From the NCBI GenBank assembly GCA_964016885.1, contig OZ024761.1, positions 19,406,001 through 19,470,000 on the forward strand: DNA of 64,000 nt, in the 5' to 3' direction. The notes under the pieces are model-generated. The model searched no databases, was not told where the DNA came from, and saw nothing but the letters and a program-made list of their open reading frames with translations. Below are positions 41,995-54,875 of the stretch, piece after piece (positions within the stretch are counted from its first letter, which is position 1; the number at the start of each line of letters is the position of its first letter). The stretch comes from Eledone cirrhosa (taxonomy: Eukaryota). A program made the translations under genes and the position numbers.

Positions 41995-42840
41995 GGAGGC
42001 CAGGTAAACCTATATAGGTGTGAGCTGTAACAACAACACCTGAGAAACCTGTGAGAGACAACCTCATAGTAGGCCAGTTAAATCTACATAGGTGAGCTGT
42101 AACAATAATCTTGTAGAAGGCCAGTTAAATCTACATAGGTGAGCTGTAACAATAATCTTGTAGAAAGCCAGGTAAACCTACATAGGTGAGCTGTAACAAT
42201 AATCTTGTAGAAGGCCAGGTAAATCTACATAGGTGTGAGCTGTAACAATAATCTTGTAGAAGGCCAGGTAAATCTACATAGGTGTGAGCTGTAACAATTA
42301 ACCTTGTAGAAAGCCAGGTAAATCTACATAGGTGTGAGCTGTAACAATTAACCTTGTAGAAAGCCAGGTAAATCTACATAGGTGTGAGCTGTAACAATTA
42401 ACCTTGTAGAAGGCCAGGTAAATCTACATAGGTGTGAGCTGTAACAATAATCTTGTAGAAAGCCAGGTAAATCTACATAGGTGTGAGCTGTAACAATTAA
42501 CCTTGTAGAAGGCCAGGTAAATCTACATAGATGTGAGCTGTAACAATTAACCTTGTAGAAAGCCAGGTAAATCTACATAGGTGTGAGCTGTAACAATTAA
42601 CCTTGTAGAAGGCCAGGTAAATCTACATAGGTGTGAGCTGTAACAATTAACCTTGTAGAAGGCCAGGTAAACCTATATAGGTGTGAGCTGTAACAACAAC
42701 ACCTGAGAAACCTGTGAGAGACAACCTCATAGAAGGCCAGGTAAATCTACATAGGTGTGAGCTGTAACAATTAACCTTGTAGAATGCCAGGTAAACCTAC
42801 ATAGGTGTGAGCTGTAACAACCTCGTAGGAGACCAGGTAA
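41995..42840. repeat. 50-bp minisatellite, ~16 copies
   Basis: Unit GCCAGGTAAATCTACATAGGTGTGAGCTGTAACAATTAACCTTGTAGAAR, period 50 (e.g. 42311 and 42361). Confidence 0.93.
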
Positions 42841-43174
42841 ACAACTTTGTAGATGTCCAGATAGATTTACACAGGTGTAAATTTCATTTTTTTTTTCACT
42901 TCAAAGTAAAACCCTCAGCTCCTTGCCAGCTATTACTCCATTCCTGTTAGATCCATCCATCCATTTGACCAAATCTGCTAAAGCTTCATTAAATCTGTCC
43001 TTCCCCCCCCCCCCCCCTCCTATCACAGTGGACCCTACTATCACAGGTACAGAACCATTTATTAGGCAAGCTGGAGACTGGTGGTGACATGGATTTACAG
43101 ATTGACCAAATATCTGGACACAGGCTAAATAATAAGTTAAAATATAATTTAAACAAGAATGAAATTGTGTTTAA

Positions 43175-43329
43175 CCCTCTACATTTAGTATTGTATTTTC
43201 ACAGTAAAGGCTTCACCTCACTTAATATTGAAATTACAAGATTTTGATATTTAATTTTGAGAACAATACCTTGAACAGAAAGAGGTGAGACAATTCTGGC
43301 CGGATACATCCGGTTTTAATGCTAAAGGG
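43175..43329. mobile_element. TTAA-flanked MITE (piggyBac-like), degenerate
   Basis: TTAA-CCCTCTACATTT ... AATGCTAAAGGG-TTAA. Confidence 0.45.
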
Positions 43330-44224
43330 TTAACAAATAACAAATTATCATATTATTAAAGCAGGGTATGTAAGATCTTTATTAATCCATTTGAAATTCT
43401 TAAAATAAGGGCAGCGCATGAATGCGCCATGTATTGTATAGCACAGGAAATGGATAAAAAATGATTGCGCAACACCAGAACATATTCAAAACCAGCCAGT
43501 TCCAAACATATCCAGATTTCAGACTTTCTGGATGCCAAATAAATGTTTTTGTGCCTGCTACTACTACTACTAGACTGTGTGAACTACATCCCCCACCCAC
43601 CCTTCACCTGTTGCTGCTGCTGCTTCAATCAACCATTTCAGTCATAAAAAGCAAAAAATTCTAGATTGTTCCATTTGGGTTAAAATCGTTTATTTTTTTT
43701 CCATATATTTTTATATATTTCTTTTTTGTTTTCCAGTTGCCTTTTTAGGTGATACAAGATTTACTAATCAGAGATGAATCTGTGTGTGTGACTGTGTGTA
43801 GATTTTGTGGAACTAATATGGCCGTGTAGTTAAGAAGTTTGCTTCACATCCTGGAACTTTGCTACATGTTTTAGACCCCCCTTAGGTCACGAATGACCAT
43901 GGTATATGCACCTAGAAAGTTTCCCCTCTGAGGCACAAGTCCGGGCAAGGTTGTTTGTGGAAGACCAGCAGTCGCCTCTATTCACGCTAACGATGATGTC
44001 CAAGGGAAAGGCTATGGCCGATACAGTTTGGTACCAGTGACATCGCAACTCATTTCTACAGCTGAGTAACCTCGAGCTACATGAAATAAAGTGTCTTGCT
44101 CAAGGACACAATGCATCACCCTGTCCTCGAATCGAACTCACAACCTTTCGATACTAAGCCGCGCGTCACTTACCATAGCCCTACGGCGAAAACTGTGTGG
44201 AAGTCCGTTGGATGGCCTCTACTT

Positions 44225-44770
44225 GTAATTCAAAGGACTGGTCTTGTCACATACTGTCAGGCTGAATCTCACTGAGAATTATGTTTACGGTACACGTGTC
44301 TGTGGAAAATTCGGCTATTTACACAATAATACAGAAATAGACTGTACTTGTAATTTCAAATATCAGGTCTTGTCATGCTGAATCTCCCTGAGAATTATTG
44401 GCAACTATTTCCAAAGGTTAGTTTTGTTACGCTGAATCTCCCTGAGAATTATTGGCAACTATTTCCAAAGGTTAGTTTTGTTACGCTGAATCTCCCTGAG
44501 AACTACGTTAAAGTGTACACGTGTCTGTGGAATACTCAGCCACTAACACTTATAATACAGGATAGACTGTAGCTCTAATTCAAAGGGGCCATCGTTCCCA
44601 TGCACTATGTCACGCTAAATTTTCCTCGACAAATACACGTCTCTGGAATATTCAGCCACTTTGCACTTGTAATTCAAATAGCCAGCCTTATTATAAACTG
44701 ACATGCCGAATCTTCCTGAGAAATAGGTTAAAGAGTAGACTGTGTTTGGAATACTCTGACTTCCATGTTA
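44225..44770 (+). repeat. Degenerate tandem copies of a dispersed repeat (GCTGAATCTCCCTGAGAA..ACACGTGTCTGTGGAATACTCAGCC)
   Basis: Several diverged copies of the same motif, including a near-perfect ~54-bp duplication at 44377-44500. Confidence 0.6.
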
Positions 44771-45371
44771 ATTGAACAGCTGGAACAATCATCGTTGAAA
44801 CCGACAAAGGTCCGTTATATATTTGTGTCTGACGTGCTACATAAACGGCGTCAGGTATATAGAAAAAAATCTTCCAATATTTCTTTTAAAAACCCAAAAC
44901 AAACAAAAACAAAATCATAATTATCTCCCTTGTATAAATAACTTTCTACTTTTGGCACAAGGCCAGCAATACTGGTACTTTATTTTATCAACCTCGGCGA
45001 GATTTGAACTCAGACTGGAAGAATTATCTCCCTTGTTAAAACAAAACTTACTGAACATATGGACTTTCAAATTGTTAGAAATCGTAGCTAAATTTCTCCC
45101 TCACATCATTCCGTCGTAAAACAACAAAGTACACACTACACAATGTAGTCTTAGTTACCTGTATAACAACAGGATATGCAAGGTTAGAACGGCATTGGTT
45201 ATATAAGGTAGGGTGTCACCAGGTCTTGCTCGCCTTAGCATTAAAATTAACACTAGTTATCTCACTCGGTAAGAGTTTCTCGACCTTTTTACTTTTGTAG
45301 AACTCTTGAAATAGTTTTAATGTCTGAGGGAATCCCTAAATAAAAATCATTATATACCGAATATTAATATA

Positions 45372-45932
45372 GGCATACGTCAAGACGGGCGGTCTCAAAA
45401 GTGAAAGTAAATATTTTCATTTTCGAACGTCGTGTTTACATTTTGTGTGTGTGTTTAGATCTAAATTTGTGTCGTTTTAACTGATTATGTATATGTGTGT
45501 GTGTGTAGTTGACGGTTGAGAGAAGAGTACTCAATACCGAAGTAATCTTGTAATGAGGCTTGCAGAATGGTGAGTCCGTCATTCTAGACGCTGCTGCCTT
45601 GCAGAAGTCCCAAATCGAAGCTCTGACACTCTCGTCCCCATCATTCAACAGGGATTTTGCCAGGCAGCCGCATCATCTCCGATGGTTGGGCTTCCTGTTC
45701 GGAAATTGAAGGTGGAATTTACGTTCATGATGTGGTGCACGAACGGAACTTTGTAGATCCTGCGGACCTTGATGTGCACACACAGCTAATAGAGAACACG
45801 TGGAGCCGTGCAAAGAAGAAGCTTCGTCGCCAGCATGTTTCGTTTGAACACACACACAAAATGTAAACACGACGTTCGAAAATGAAAATAAATTTACTTT
45901 CACTTTTGAGACCGCCCGTCTTGACGTATGCC
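45372..45932 (+). mobile_element. Merlin (IS1595/ISXO2-like) DNA transposon, deleted derivative
   Basis: ~80-bp TIRs GGCATACGTCAAGACGGGCGGTCTCAAAAGTGAAAGTAAAT... and their reverse complement ending at 45932. Remnant LPGSRIISDGWAS...VHERNFVDP...HTQLIENTWSRAK of an IS1595-family DDE transposase. Confidence 0.88.
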
Positions 45933-47591
45933 AAATTATCAATATAAGATGCATTAGCTTATTTATCACGGAACGCCGGTTGAAAAAACGGTCTTAAAAA
46001 TTATTGTATACCACTGAAGCCTTTATAATAACCAAATATTTCCCAACAATATGCCATACGTATATAGTAAAATTACTCGAAAATGTATTAGATTATTTTA
46101 TCAGTTTCTCGCAGTTTGAGAAACAGAGCTCTACGTCGTTTTATTTGCTAGAAATAACAGCCAGTTGTCCTCTGAAACACGGAAGAGATTAACAGAACGT
46201 TTTCACTTTGATTTCGTATCTACAGCATGGCTTATAATATAAATGATTATACTTGGAGCATAACTTAAGAAAGCTTCTTACATAAATGATTATACTTGGA
46301 GCATAACTTAAGAAAGGTTCTTACATAAATTTATAACAAGGCTTATAATATAAATGATTATGTTTGAAACAAAGTTTCTTATATAAAATTATAATGGAAG
46401 GTTTTTATAACATTATAAACACTTTAACCATTTCGTTACTATAATTCTAATGAAAGACACCGCCTTTATTTAAATAATCAAGAATTTAGTTTATAAAACT
46501 CTCACTATTAAATTAGTGTATGAAGCATAACCTAAAGGACATTTTAGGCTTTCTTTACACTTAGTGTTGTATAAACATGTATATTATTTGAGCATATATT
46601 AGTGTGGAAGAAGATACAGTAAACTTAACGGACAAAAGAATAATAATAATAATCATAATACAATACTGTACCTGTTCATGACAAAATACTTGGTCGAAGG
46701 TAAAACAAAAATAACAATTTCCTTTTATAATTGAAACATTTTATATCGTACATTCGTGTACATTGAATTAGTTGTGGGCTTGGGGGGGGGGGGGGGGGGG
46801 GTTCCACCTTACATTAAATACTACAATAGCGACTCCTCGATAAATGTTCACACATACACAAATATATAAGATTAAATAGAAGTACATACATATAATCAAT
46901 TAATTATTGTTCGGAACCTTGAAAAATAATACACAAAAACATGCGATAAAAGCGAGAATAAAAACCCATCAATTCAACGTCGTTTCCTCTCCACGGTTAA
47001 ATAGAATAGTCACTTGTCTTATAGTGTGTATTTATATGTATTAGCTGGCCACGTGAATATTTATACATGTGGCTCTTCGTCTAACTGTGAGTGACTGTCC
47101 TTTCAATTGCGTCTGCAAGTGTTTATTATCTCTAGATGTATAAAAAAAAAAAATAAAAAAAACCATTTCTTTAAAGACAAAATTCTAACCTCTACTCACA
47201 CTAGTTTAAATAAAACATTCTCTCTGGAGATAAATAAATAAAAAAAGTATATTTTATCTACGTCTTACCAATAAACCAAATTACCTCCCCCTTTTAAAAA
47301 GTCTATACAGAATTATCTTCCCCTTTTTTATAGTCCCAGAAAGAAAATAGGTTTAAGTAAGTTATTTTAACACTAACTTTCGTTGGCCAGTCGGTGGTCT
47401 TGTGGTGTAGGGTGTTGCCATACCTTCTGAACAGTAGTAACGAAGGTATTGGTTTCGATCCCTGTACTTTTTACAATTTTATTAATTTTTTTTTTTTAAA
47501 GAAAAAAAATTTAAAAGAACGTCTCTCTACCTTCTGGGAGGCCGGGGCCACTTCGATCCCCTGCCCACCTGTTTTGTTACGCTCCGGCCCG

Positions 47592-49146
47592 AGTACAGCA
47601 GTACTATTAGATATATTTGAGTACTCGATAGATCGAAATTTAAAAACAAACATTAAATCCACGATTAACAGCAATAAAGACGACCGAAGACACTAACTAT
47701 ACACACAACAAAATTACGATAGATACAGAAAGGTTTGTATATATAAAAACAAACATTAAATCCAGTTAACAGCAATAAAGACGACCGAAGACACTAACTA
47801 TACACACAACAAAATTACGATAGATACAGAAAGGTTTGTATATATAAAAACAAACATTAAATCCACGATTAACAGCAATAAAGACGACCGAAGACACTAA
47901 CTATACACACAACAAAATTACGATAGATACAGAAAGGTTTGTATATATAAAAACAAACATTAAATCCAGTTAACAGCAATAAAGACGACCGAAGACACTA
48001 ACTATACACACAACAAAATTACGATAGATACAGAAAGGTTTATATATATATATAAATATCAATAAAAATTGAATTTGACTGCTATTTCGAGCATAAACTA
48101 GAAACCGGAAGTGGACAAAATTGAAAAACTTCTTCTTTTTCCCCCTCTAACTTTTTTCTAAACAAAAAACGAAATTTTTCGCAAGAAAAAGTTAGAAGGT
48201 GAAAAAGAAGAAGTTTTTCAATTTTGTCCACTTCCGGTTTCTAGTTTATGCTAGAAATAGCAGTCAAATAAATTTATAAATGTGTGTGTGTGTGTGTGTG
48301 TATGTGTAAAAAAAAAAAATTTATTTGACTGCTATTTCTAGCAAAAACTAGAAACCGGAAGTGGACAAAATTGAAAAACTTCTTCTTTTTCCCCTTCTAA
48401 CTTTTTTCTAAACAAAAACGAAATTTTTCTTAAGAAAAAGTTAGAAGGGGAAAAAGAAGAAGTTTTTCAATTTTGTCCACTTCCGGTTTCTAGTTTTTGC
48501 TAGAAATAGCAGTCAAATAAATTTTTTTTTTTTTACACATACACACACACACACACACACATTTATAAATTTATTTGACTGCTATTTCTAGCATAAACTA
48601 GAAACCGGAAGTGGACAAAATTGAAAAACTTCTTTTTCACCTTCTAACTTTTTCTTGCGAAAAATTTCGTTTTTTGTTTAGAAAAAAGTTAGAGGGGGAA
48701 AAAGAAGAAGTTTTTCAATTTTGTCCACTTCCGGTTTCTAGTTTATGCTCGAAATAGCAGTCAAATTCAATTTTTATTGATATTTATATATATATATAAA
48801 CCTTTCTGTATCTATCGTAATTTTGTTGTGTGTATAGTTAGTGTCTTCGGTCGTCTTTATTGCTGTTAACTGGATTTAATGTTTGTTTTTATATATACAA
48901 ACCTTTCTGTATCTATCGTAATTTTGTTGTGTGTATAGTTAGTGTCTTCGGTCGTCTTTATTGCTGTTAACTGTGGATTTAATGTTTGTTTTTATATATA
49001 CAAACCTTTCTGTATCTATCGTAATTTTGTTGTGTGTATAGTTAATGTCTTCGGTCGTCTTTATTGCTGTTAACTGTGGATTTAATGTTTGTTTTTAACT
49101 TTCGATCTATCGAGTACTCAAACAAATCGAATAGTACTGCTGTACT
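47592..49146. repeat. 1.55-kb palindrome with ~102-bp tandem repeats in the arms and three nested ~200-bp hairpins in the centre
   Basis: Arms begin and end AGTACAGCAGTACTATT / AATAGTACTGCTGTACT, with 4 vs 3 copies of the ~102-bp unit. Central hairpins at ~48070-48270, 48320-48520 and 48570-48770, separated by (GT)n and (CA)n. Confidence 0.93.
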
Positions 49147-50129
49147 ACAGCTAAAGTTCGATTTACAATTATTATTATATATATATGTCCTCTTTATTTG
49201 TTTACTAAACTCTAGCCGCTGTGTCTAGCATGCATATATCTGTACTTTAATTATCCGTTGGTCTCTGTGCTTCTAGCATGTACACATCTGTATGTTTACA
49301 TTCTGCGACAGTTATACTTATAACTACATAAATAAATCTTTAAATATTTTATTTTTTAATAGGCGTTCAGTAATTGTCTCGGTGGCTCATTTGGTAGGAG
49401 TGCCGGACTTTGAAACTAACATTGTGTAGTTATAGGTTCAATCCCTAGTTGGATTTTATAATTCCTTTTATTGAATATAATTTTAACAAATAAATTATAT
49501 CTATATAACGCCAAACATAGTGAGTTCCAATCTGGCTGACATGCAGAATAAGTGAATAAGGTAAGACAAAATCGTAGTAGATTAGAATATTACACAGACA
49601 GACTAACAAGATCGAGGTAATACGAAACCAAGTATGTCCCCCCTCACACAAATAGAAATGACGTGTTACACGTATGAAACGTGGGTTGCAGTTTCGAATT
49701 ACTTTTGAAGCGGTATTTCTTTGCAAATGTCTCTTAGAAAACAACAATACAATCAAAATAAGCAAGCAATTCGTTTATAAATATATTTTTTTTATTAAGT
49801 ATGGAAAGTTTCCATGAGTTACAAAGATGTCAGGTTAATGATATATATTTATTTTTTATTATACAGTGACACAATACACAGGAACTTATATAGATTTGTA
49901 CATATTCTCCAGTGGCCACAAACTCAGACTGACTGCCCGCAATACAAAGGAGAGTAAAATAGTCAAATACCTTCACATAACAATAAATAAGCACATTATC
50001 TTGAGCAGCAGAGTGATTTACATAGACTTAGAATAGAAGACATGAATGCTGAAGAACTGCTCAATTTCAGACAGAGTTGAATATATAACTAACATCGTAG
50101 TAGAAATTGCCCAACAATTCATATCAATG

Positions 50130-51420
50130 GAAATGTAGAAGAATTTCATATTGGTGATATGAAAGCTTTGTGCAATCATTGTGGAGCTTTGAAGAAAATT
50201 ATAACTGTTGTAATAAGGGGAAAGTTGTGTTGCCTCCATTGCAAATATACCTGAAAGACTGAGAAATCTCTTTGAAAGAGGCCAGGAAGTAGTTGCATTT
50301 CACAGGAACATCTGCAATTACAACTGTGTATTTTCTTTTGGTGTTAAACTTTCCCTACCACCTGGCAGAGGCCCATATTTCTTTTGTATTCGGGGTAAAA
50401 CATATCACTGTACCACACCTCTGTACCCTGCAGAAAATACACCACAATATGGCCAGTAAAATATTATTGACACAAATGAAGCTGTGTAACACAGATTGGA
50501 AGTACCACCAAATAATGACTGCTCACCACTAACAATGACTCTGGTAAGTGGTGTTGCATGAATGTAATCCATGTCGAAGTGTACAATACAATGCATGGCA
50601 TAGAACAAGAAGTGAAAATCGTCGTGTACAGAACTGTGAATTAAGCTGCATTAATTTACCAACTAGCAAAGAAATAGCTGTTGTTTTTGTGGAGAGTGTG
50701 TACAGGTGGTGTGCCATCAGAGATATCATTTGCCCTAAAGACCATCCTCCTCAGAAAATACCATATATTTCATGTCACTTGGACCTCATGATCTACTCAT
50801 AATGGTGAATTTTGGTGGCATAGTAACATGCAGAGGAACGCAGGAACTGCATCCACAATAGACTGACAATGCAGGAGTATTACAGATACTGTATAGCATA
50901 TAGGGGAGGATTTAGGGTGATATATAGGGCAGGTAGATTATTTCAGCAGTATTTAGTGGATGCCTATGTGAAAGTAGAGGGATGCAGGCTTCAATATTTG
51001 AGGAAAAATAAAGCCAAATTGTGAGTGGATGAGAATAATGGTTTAATGGATTATCTAAACAGATAACACTGAGCCTGGGGAGCAAGTTATTTTGCCATCA
51101 TTCTTCACTGACAGCCCAAGAAACATACATCAGTACTTTAAGGATGCGATGACAATTGTTGCCAAATATGGCAAACCAGATATTTTTATAACTTATACAA
51201 CCCTAAATGCCCTGACATTCGAAATAATTTAAATCAAAACGAAGCCACAGAAAACAGACATGATATAGTTGCCGGGGGTTTTAAGGCTCAGCTTTCTGAA
51301 ATGATGAAAAATATCAAAGAAAGACATATTCTTGGCGTGCCAGTGGCTTATATTCCTGTCATTGAGTTCTAAATAACAGGACTTCCTCATTGCCATATGT
51401 TGGTGATCTTAAGAAAGGAA
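50130..51420 (+). mobile_element. Helitron Rep (HUH) domain relic, pseudogenised
   Basis: Across frameshifts and stops: CNHCGA...CNKGKVVLPP; AGRLFQQYLVDAYVKVEGCRLQYLRKN; VILPSFFTDSPRNIHQYFKDAMTIVAKYGKPDIFITYT; VIEF*ITGLPHCHML (Helitron Rep motif 1 and motif 2/HUH). Confidence 0.9.
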
Positions 51421-51479
51421 GACAAGATAACAGAGAAATAGTGAGAGAGGGGGACAGAATAAAGGAGAAATATATAGGG

Positions 51480-51775
51480 AGGGGGAGAGAGTGAACCAGA
51501 TAGATATAGGAAGGGGGAGAGAATGAACCAGATATATATAGGGAGTGAACCAGATATATATAGGGAGGGGTAGTGAGTTAACTAGATATATATAGGGAGT
51601 GGTAGAGAGTGAACCAGATATATATAGGGAGGGGTAGTGAGTTAACTAGATATATATAGGGAGTGGTAGAGAGTGAACCAGATATATATAGGGAGGGGTA
51701 GTGAGTTAACTAGATATATATAGGGAATGGTAGAGAGTGAACCAGATATATATAGGGAGGGGTAGAGAGTGAGGT
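51480..51775. repeat. ~64-bp purine-rich tandem repeat
   Basis: GAGAGTGAACCAGATATATATAGGGAGGGGTAGTGAGTTAACTAGATATATATAGGGAGTGGTA, ~4 copies. Confidence 0.85.
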
Positions 51776-51855
51776 AGTCTGGCACTGGGAAGAAAGGGTG
51801 GTAAAATATGGCACTTAGGAGCACGTCTGCTGCAGCATGGAACTGAAAAGCTTGA

Positions 51856-54690
51856 GTGACACAGTATGGCTGGACCTAGGGTGACACAGTATGGCTACCT
51901 AAGGTGACACAGGCTGGACCTAGGGTGACACAGTATGGCTACCTAAGGTGACACAGGCTGGACTTAGGGTGACACAGGCTGGACCTAGGGTGACACAGTA
52001 TGGCTACCTAAGGTGACACAGGCTGGACTTAGGGTGACACAGTATGGCTACCTAAGGTGACACAGGCTGGACTTAGGGTGACACAGTATGGCTACCTAAG
52101 GTGACACAGGCTGGACTTAGGGTGACACAGTATGGCTACCTAAGGTGACACAGGCTGGACTTAGGGTGACACAGGCTGGACCTAGGGTGACACAGTATGG
52201 CTACCTAAGGTGACACAGGCTGGACCTAGGGTGACACAGTATGGCTACCTAAGGTGACACAGGCTGGACTTAGGGTGACACAGTATGGCTACCTAAGGTG
52301 ACACAGGCTGGACCTAGGGTGACACAGTATGGCTACCTAAGGTGACACAGGCTGGACCTAGGGTGACACAGTATGGCTACCTAAGGTGACACAGTATGGC
52401 TACCTAAGGTGACACAGGCTGGACCTAGGGTGACACAGTATGGCTACCTAAGGTGACACAGGCTGGACCTAGGGTGACACAGTATGGCTACCTAAGGTGA
52501 CACAGGCTGGACTTAGGGTGACACAGTATGGCTACCTAAGGTGACACAGGCTGGACTTAGGGTGACACAGTATGGCTACCTAAGGTGACACAGGCTGGAC
52601 TTAGGGTGACACAGTATGGCTACCTAAGGTGACACAGGCTGGACTTAGGGTGACACAGTATGGCTACCTAAGGTGACACAGGCTGGACCTAGGGTGACAC
52701 AGTATGGCTACCTAAGGTGACACAGGCTGGACCTAGGGTGACACAGTATGGCTACCTAAGGTGACACAGTATGGCTACCTAAGGTGACACAGGCTGGACC
52801 TAGGGTGACACAGTATGGCTACCTAAGGTGACACAGGCTGGACCTAGGGTGACACAGTATGGCTACCTAAGGTGACACAGGCTGGACTTAGGGTGACACA
52901 GTATGGCTACCTAAGGTGACACAGGCTGGACTTAGGGTGACACAGTATGGCTACCTAAGGTGACACAGGCTGGACTTAGGGTGACACAGTATGGCTACCT
53001 AAGGTGACACAGGCTGGACCTAGGGTGACACAGTATGGCTACCTAAGGTGACACAGGCTGGACTTAGGGTGACACAGTATGGCTACCTAAGGTGACACAG
53101 GCTGGACCTAGGGTGACACAGTATGGCTACCTAAGGTGACACAGGCTGGACTTAGGGTGACACAGTATGGCTACCTAAGGTGACACAGGCTGGACCTAGG
53201 GTGACACAGTATGGCTACCTAAGGTGACACAGGCTGGACTTAGGGTGACACAGTATGGCTACCTAAGGTGACACAGGCTGGACTTAGGGTGACACAGTAT
53301 GGCTACCTAAGGTGACACAGGCTGGACTTAGGGTGACACAGTATGGCTACCTAAGGTGACACAGGCTGGACTTAGGGTGACACAGGCTGGACCTAGGGTG
53401 ACACAGTATGGCTACCTAAGGTGACACAGGCTGGACCTAGGGTGACACAGTATGGCTACCTAAGGTGACACAGGCTGGACTTAGGGTGACACAGTATGGC
53501 TACCTAAGGTGACACAGGCTGGACCTAGGGTGACACAGTATGGCTACCTAAGGTGACACAGGCTGGACCTAGGGTGACACAGTATGGCTACCTAAGGTGA
53601 CACAGGCTGGACCTAGGGTGACACAGTATGGCTACCTAAGGTGACACAGGCTGGACCTAGGGTGACACAGTATGGCTACCTAAGGTGACACAGGCTGGAC
53701 TTAGGGTGACACAGTATGGCTACCTAAGGTGACACAGGCTGGACTTAGGGTGACACAGTATGGCTACCTAAGGTGACACAGGCTGGACTTAGGGTGACAC
53801 AGTATGGCTACCTAAGGTGACACAGGCTGGACTTAGGGTGACACAGTATGGCTACCTAAGGTGACACAGGCTGGACCTAGGGTGACACAGTATGGCTACC
53901 TAAGGTGACACAGGCTGGACCTAGGGTGACACAGTATGGCTACCTAAGGTGACACAGTATGGCTACCTAAGGTGACACAGGCTGGACCTAGGGTGACACA
54001 GTATGGCTACCTAAGGTGACACAGGCTGGACCTAGGGTGACACAGTATGGCTACCTAAGGTGACACAGGCTGGACTTAGGGTGACACAGTATGGCTACCT
54101 AAGGTGACACAGGCTGGACTTAGGGTGACACAGTATGGCTACCTAAGGTGACACAGGCTGGACTTAGGGTGACACAGTATGGCTACCTAAGGTGACACAG
54201 GCTGGACCTAGGGTGACACAGTATGGCTACCTAAGGTGACACAGTATGGCTACCTAAGGTGACACAGGCTGGACCTAGGGTGACACAGTATGGCTACCTA
54301 AGGTGACACAGGCTGGACTTAGGGTGACACAGTATGGCTACCTAAGGTGACACAGGCTGGACTTAGGGTGACACAGTATGGCTACCTAAGGTGACACAGG
54401 CTGGACCTAGGGTGACACAGTATGGCTACCTAAGGTGACACAGGCTGGACCTAGGGTGACACAGTATGGCTACCTAAGGTGACACAGTATGGCTACCTAA
54501 GGTGACACAGGCTGGACCTAGGGTGACACAGTATGGCTACCTAAGGTGACACAGGCTGGACCTAGGGTGACACAGGCTGGACTTAGGGTGACACAGTATG
54601 GCGACCTAAGGTGACACAGGCTGGACCTAGGATGACACAAGCTGGACTTAGGGTGACACAGGCTGGACCTAGGGTAACACAGTATGGCCC
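51856..54690. repeat. 44-bp dimeric (23+21) satellite, ~2.8 kb
   Basis: GGTGACACAGTATGGCTACCTAA + GGTGACACAGGCTGGACYTAG. Highly homogeneous, with occasional monomer duplications. Confidence 0.97.
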
Positions 54691-54875
54691 TGGAGAGGAT
54701 ATTACAACACCTTAGCCTCACTATTACCTGAGACAATATCCTGAATGTTTTGCCATTAAAAATATTTAGAAGGAAACCCCAATATTTTCTGTTGCCAAGT
54801 GTAACTGGTTGTCTGTCTTGTCAGGTTTTGTTTGTAATTTTTACCTTTCCTTATTTCTATAATTGCCTATATATA

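Noticed and set aside
51856-54690. Telomeric TTAGGG or SP6-promoter-like (AGGTGACAC) sequence in the satellite
   Set aside because: TTAGGG occurs singly in one variant only, and the SP6 match lacks ATTT and TATAG; coincidental, so neither a telomere nor vector contamination.
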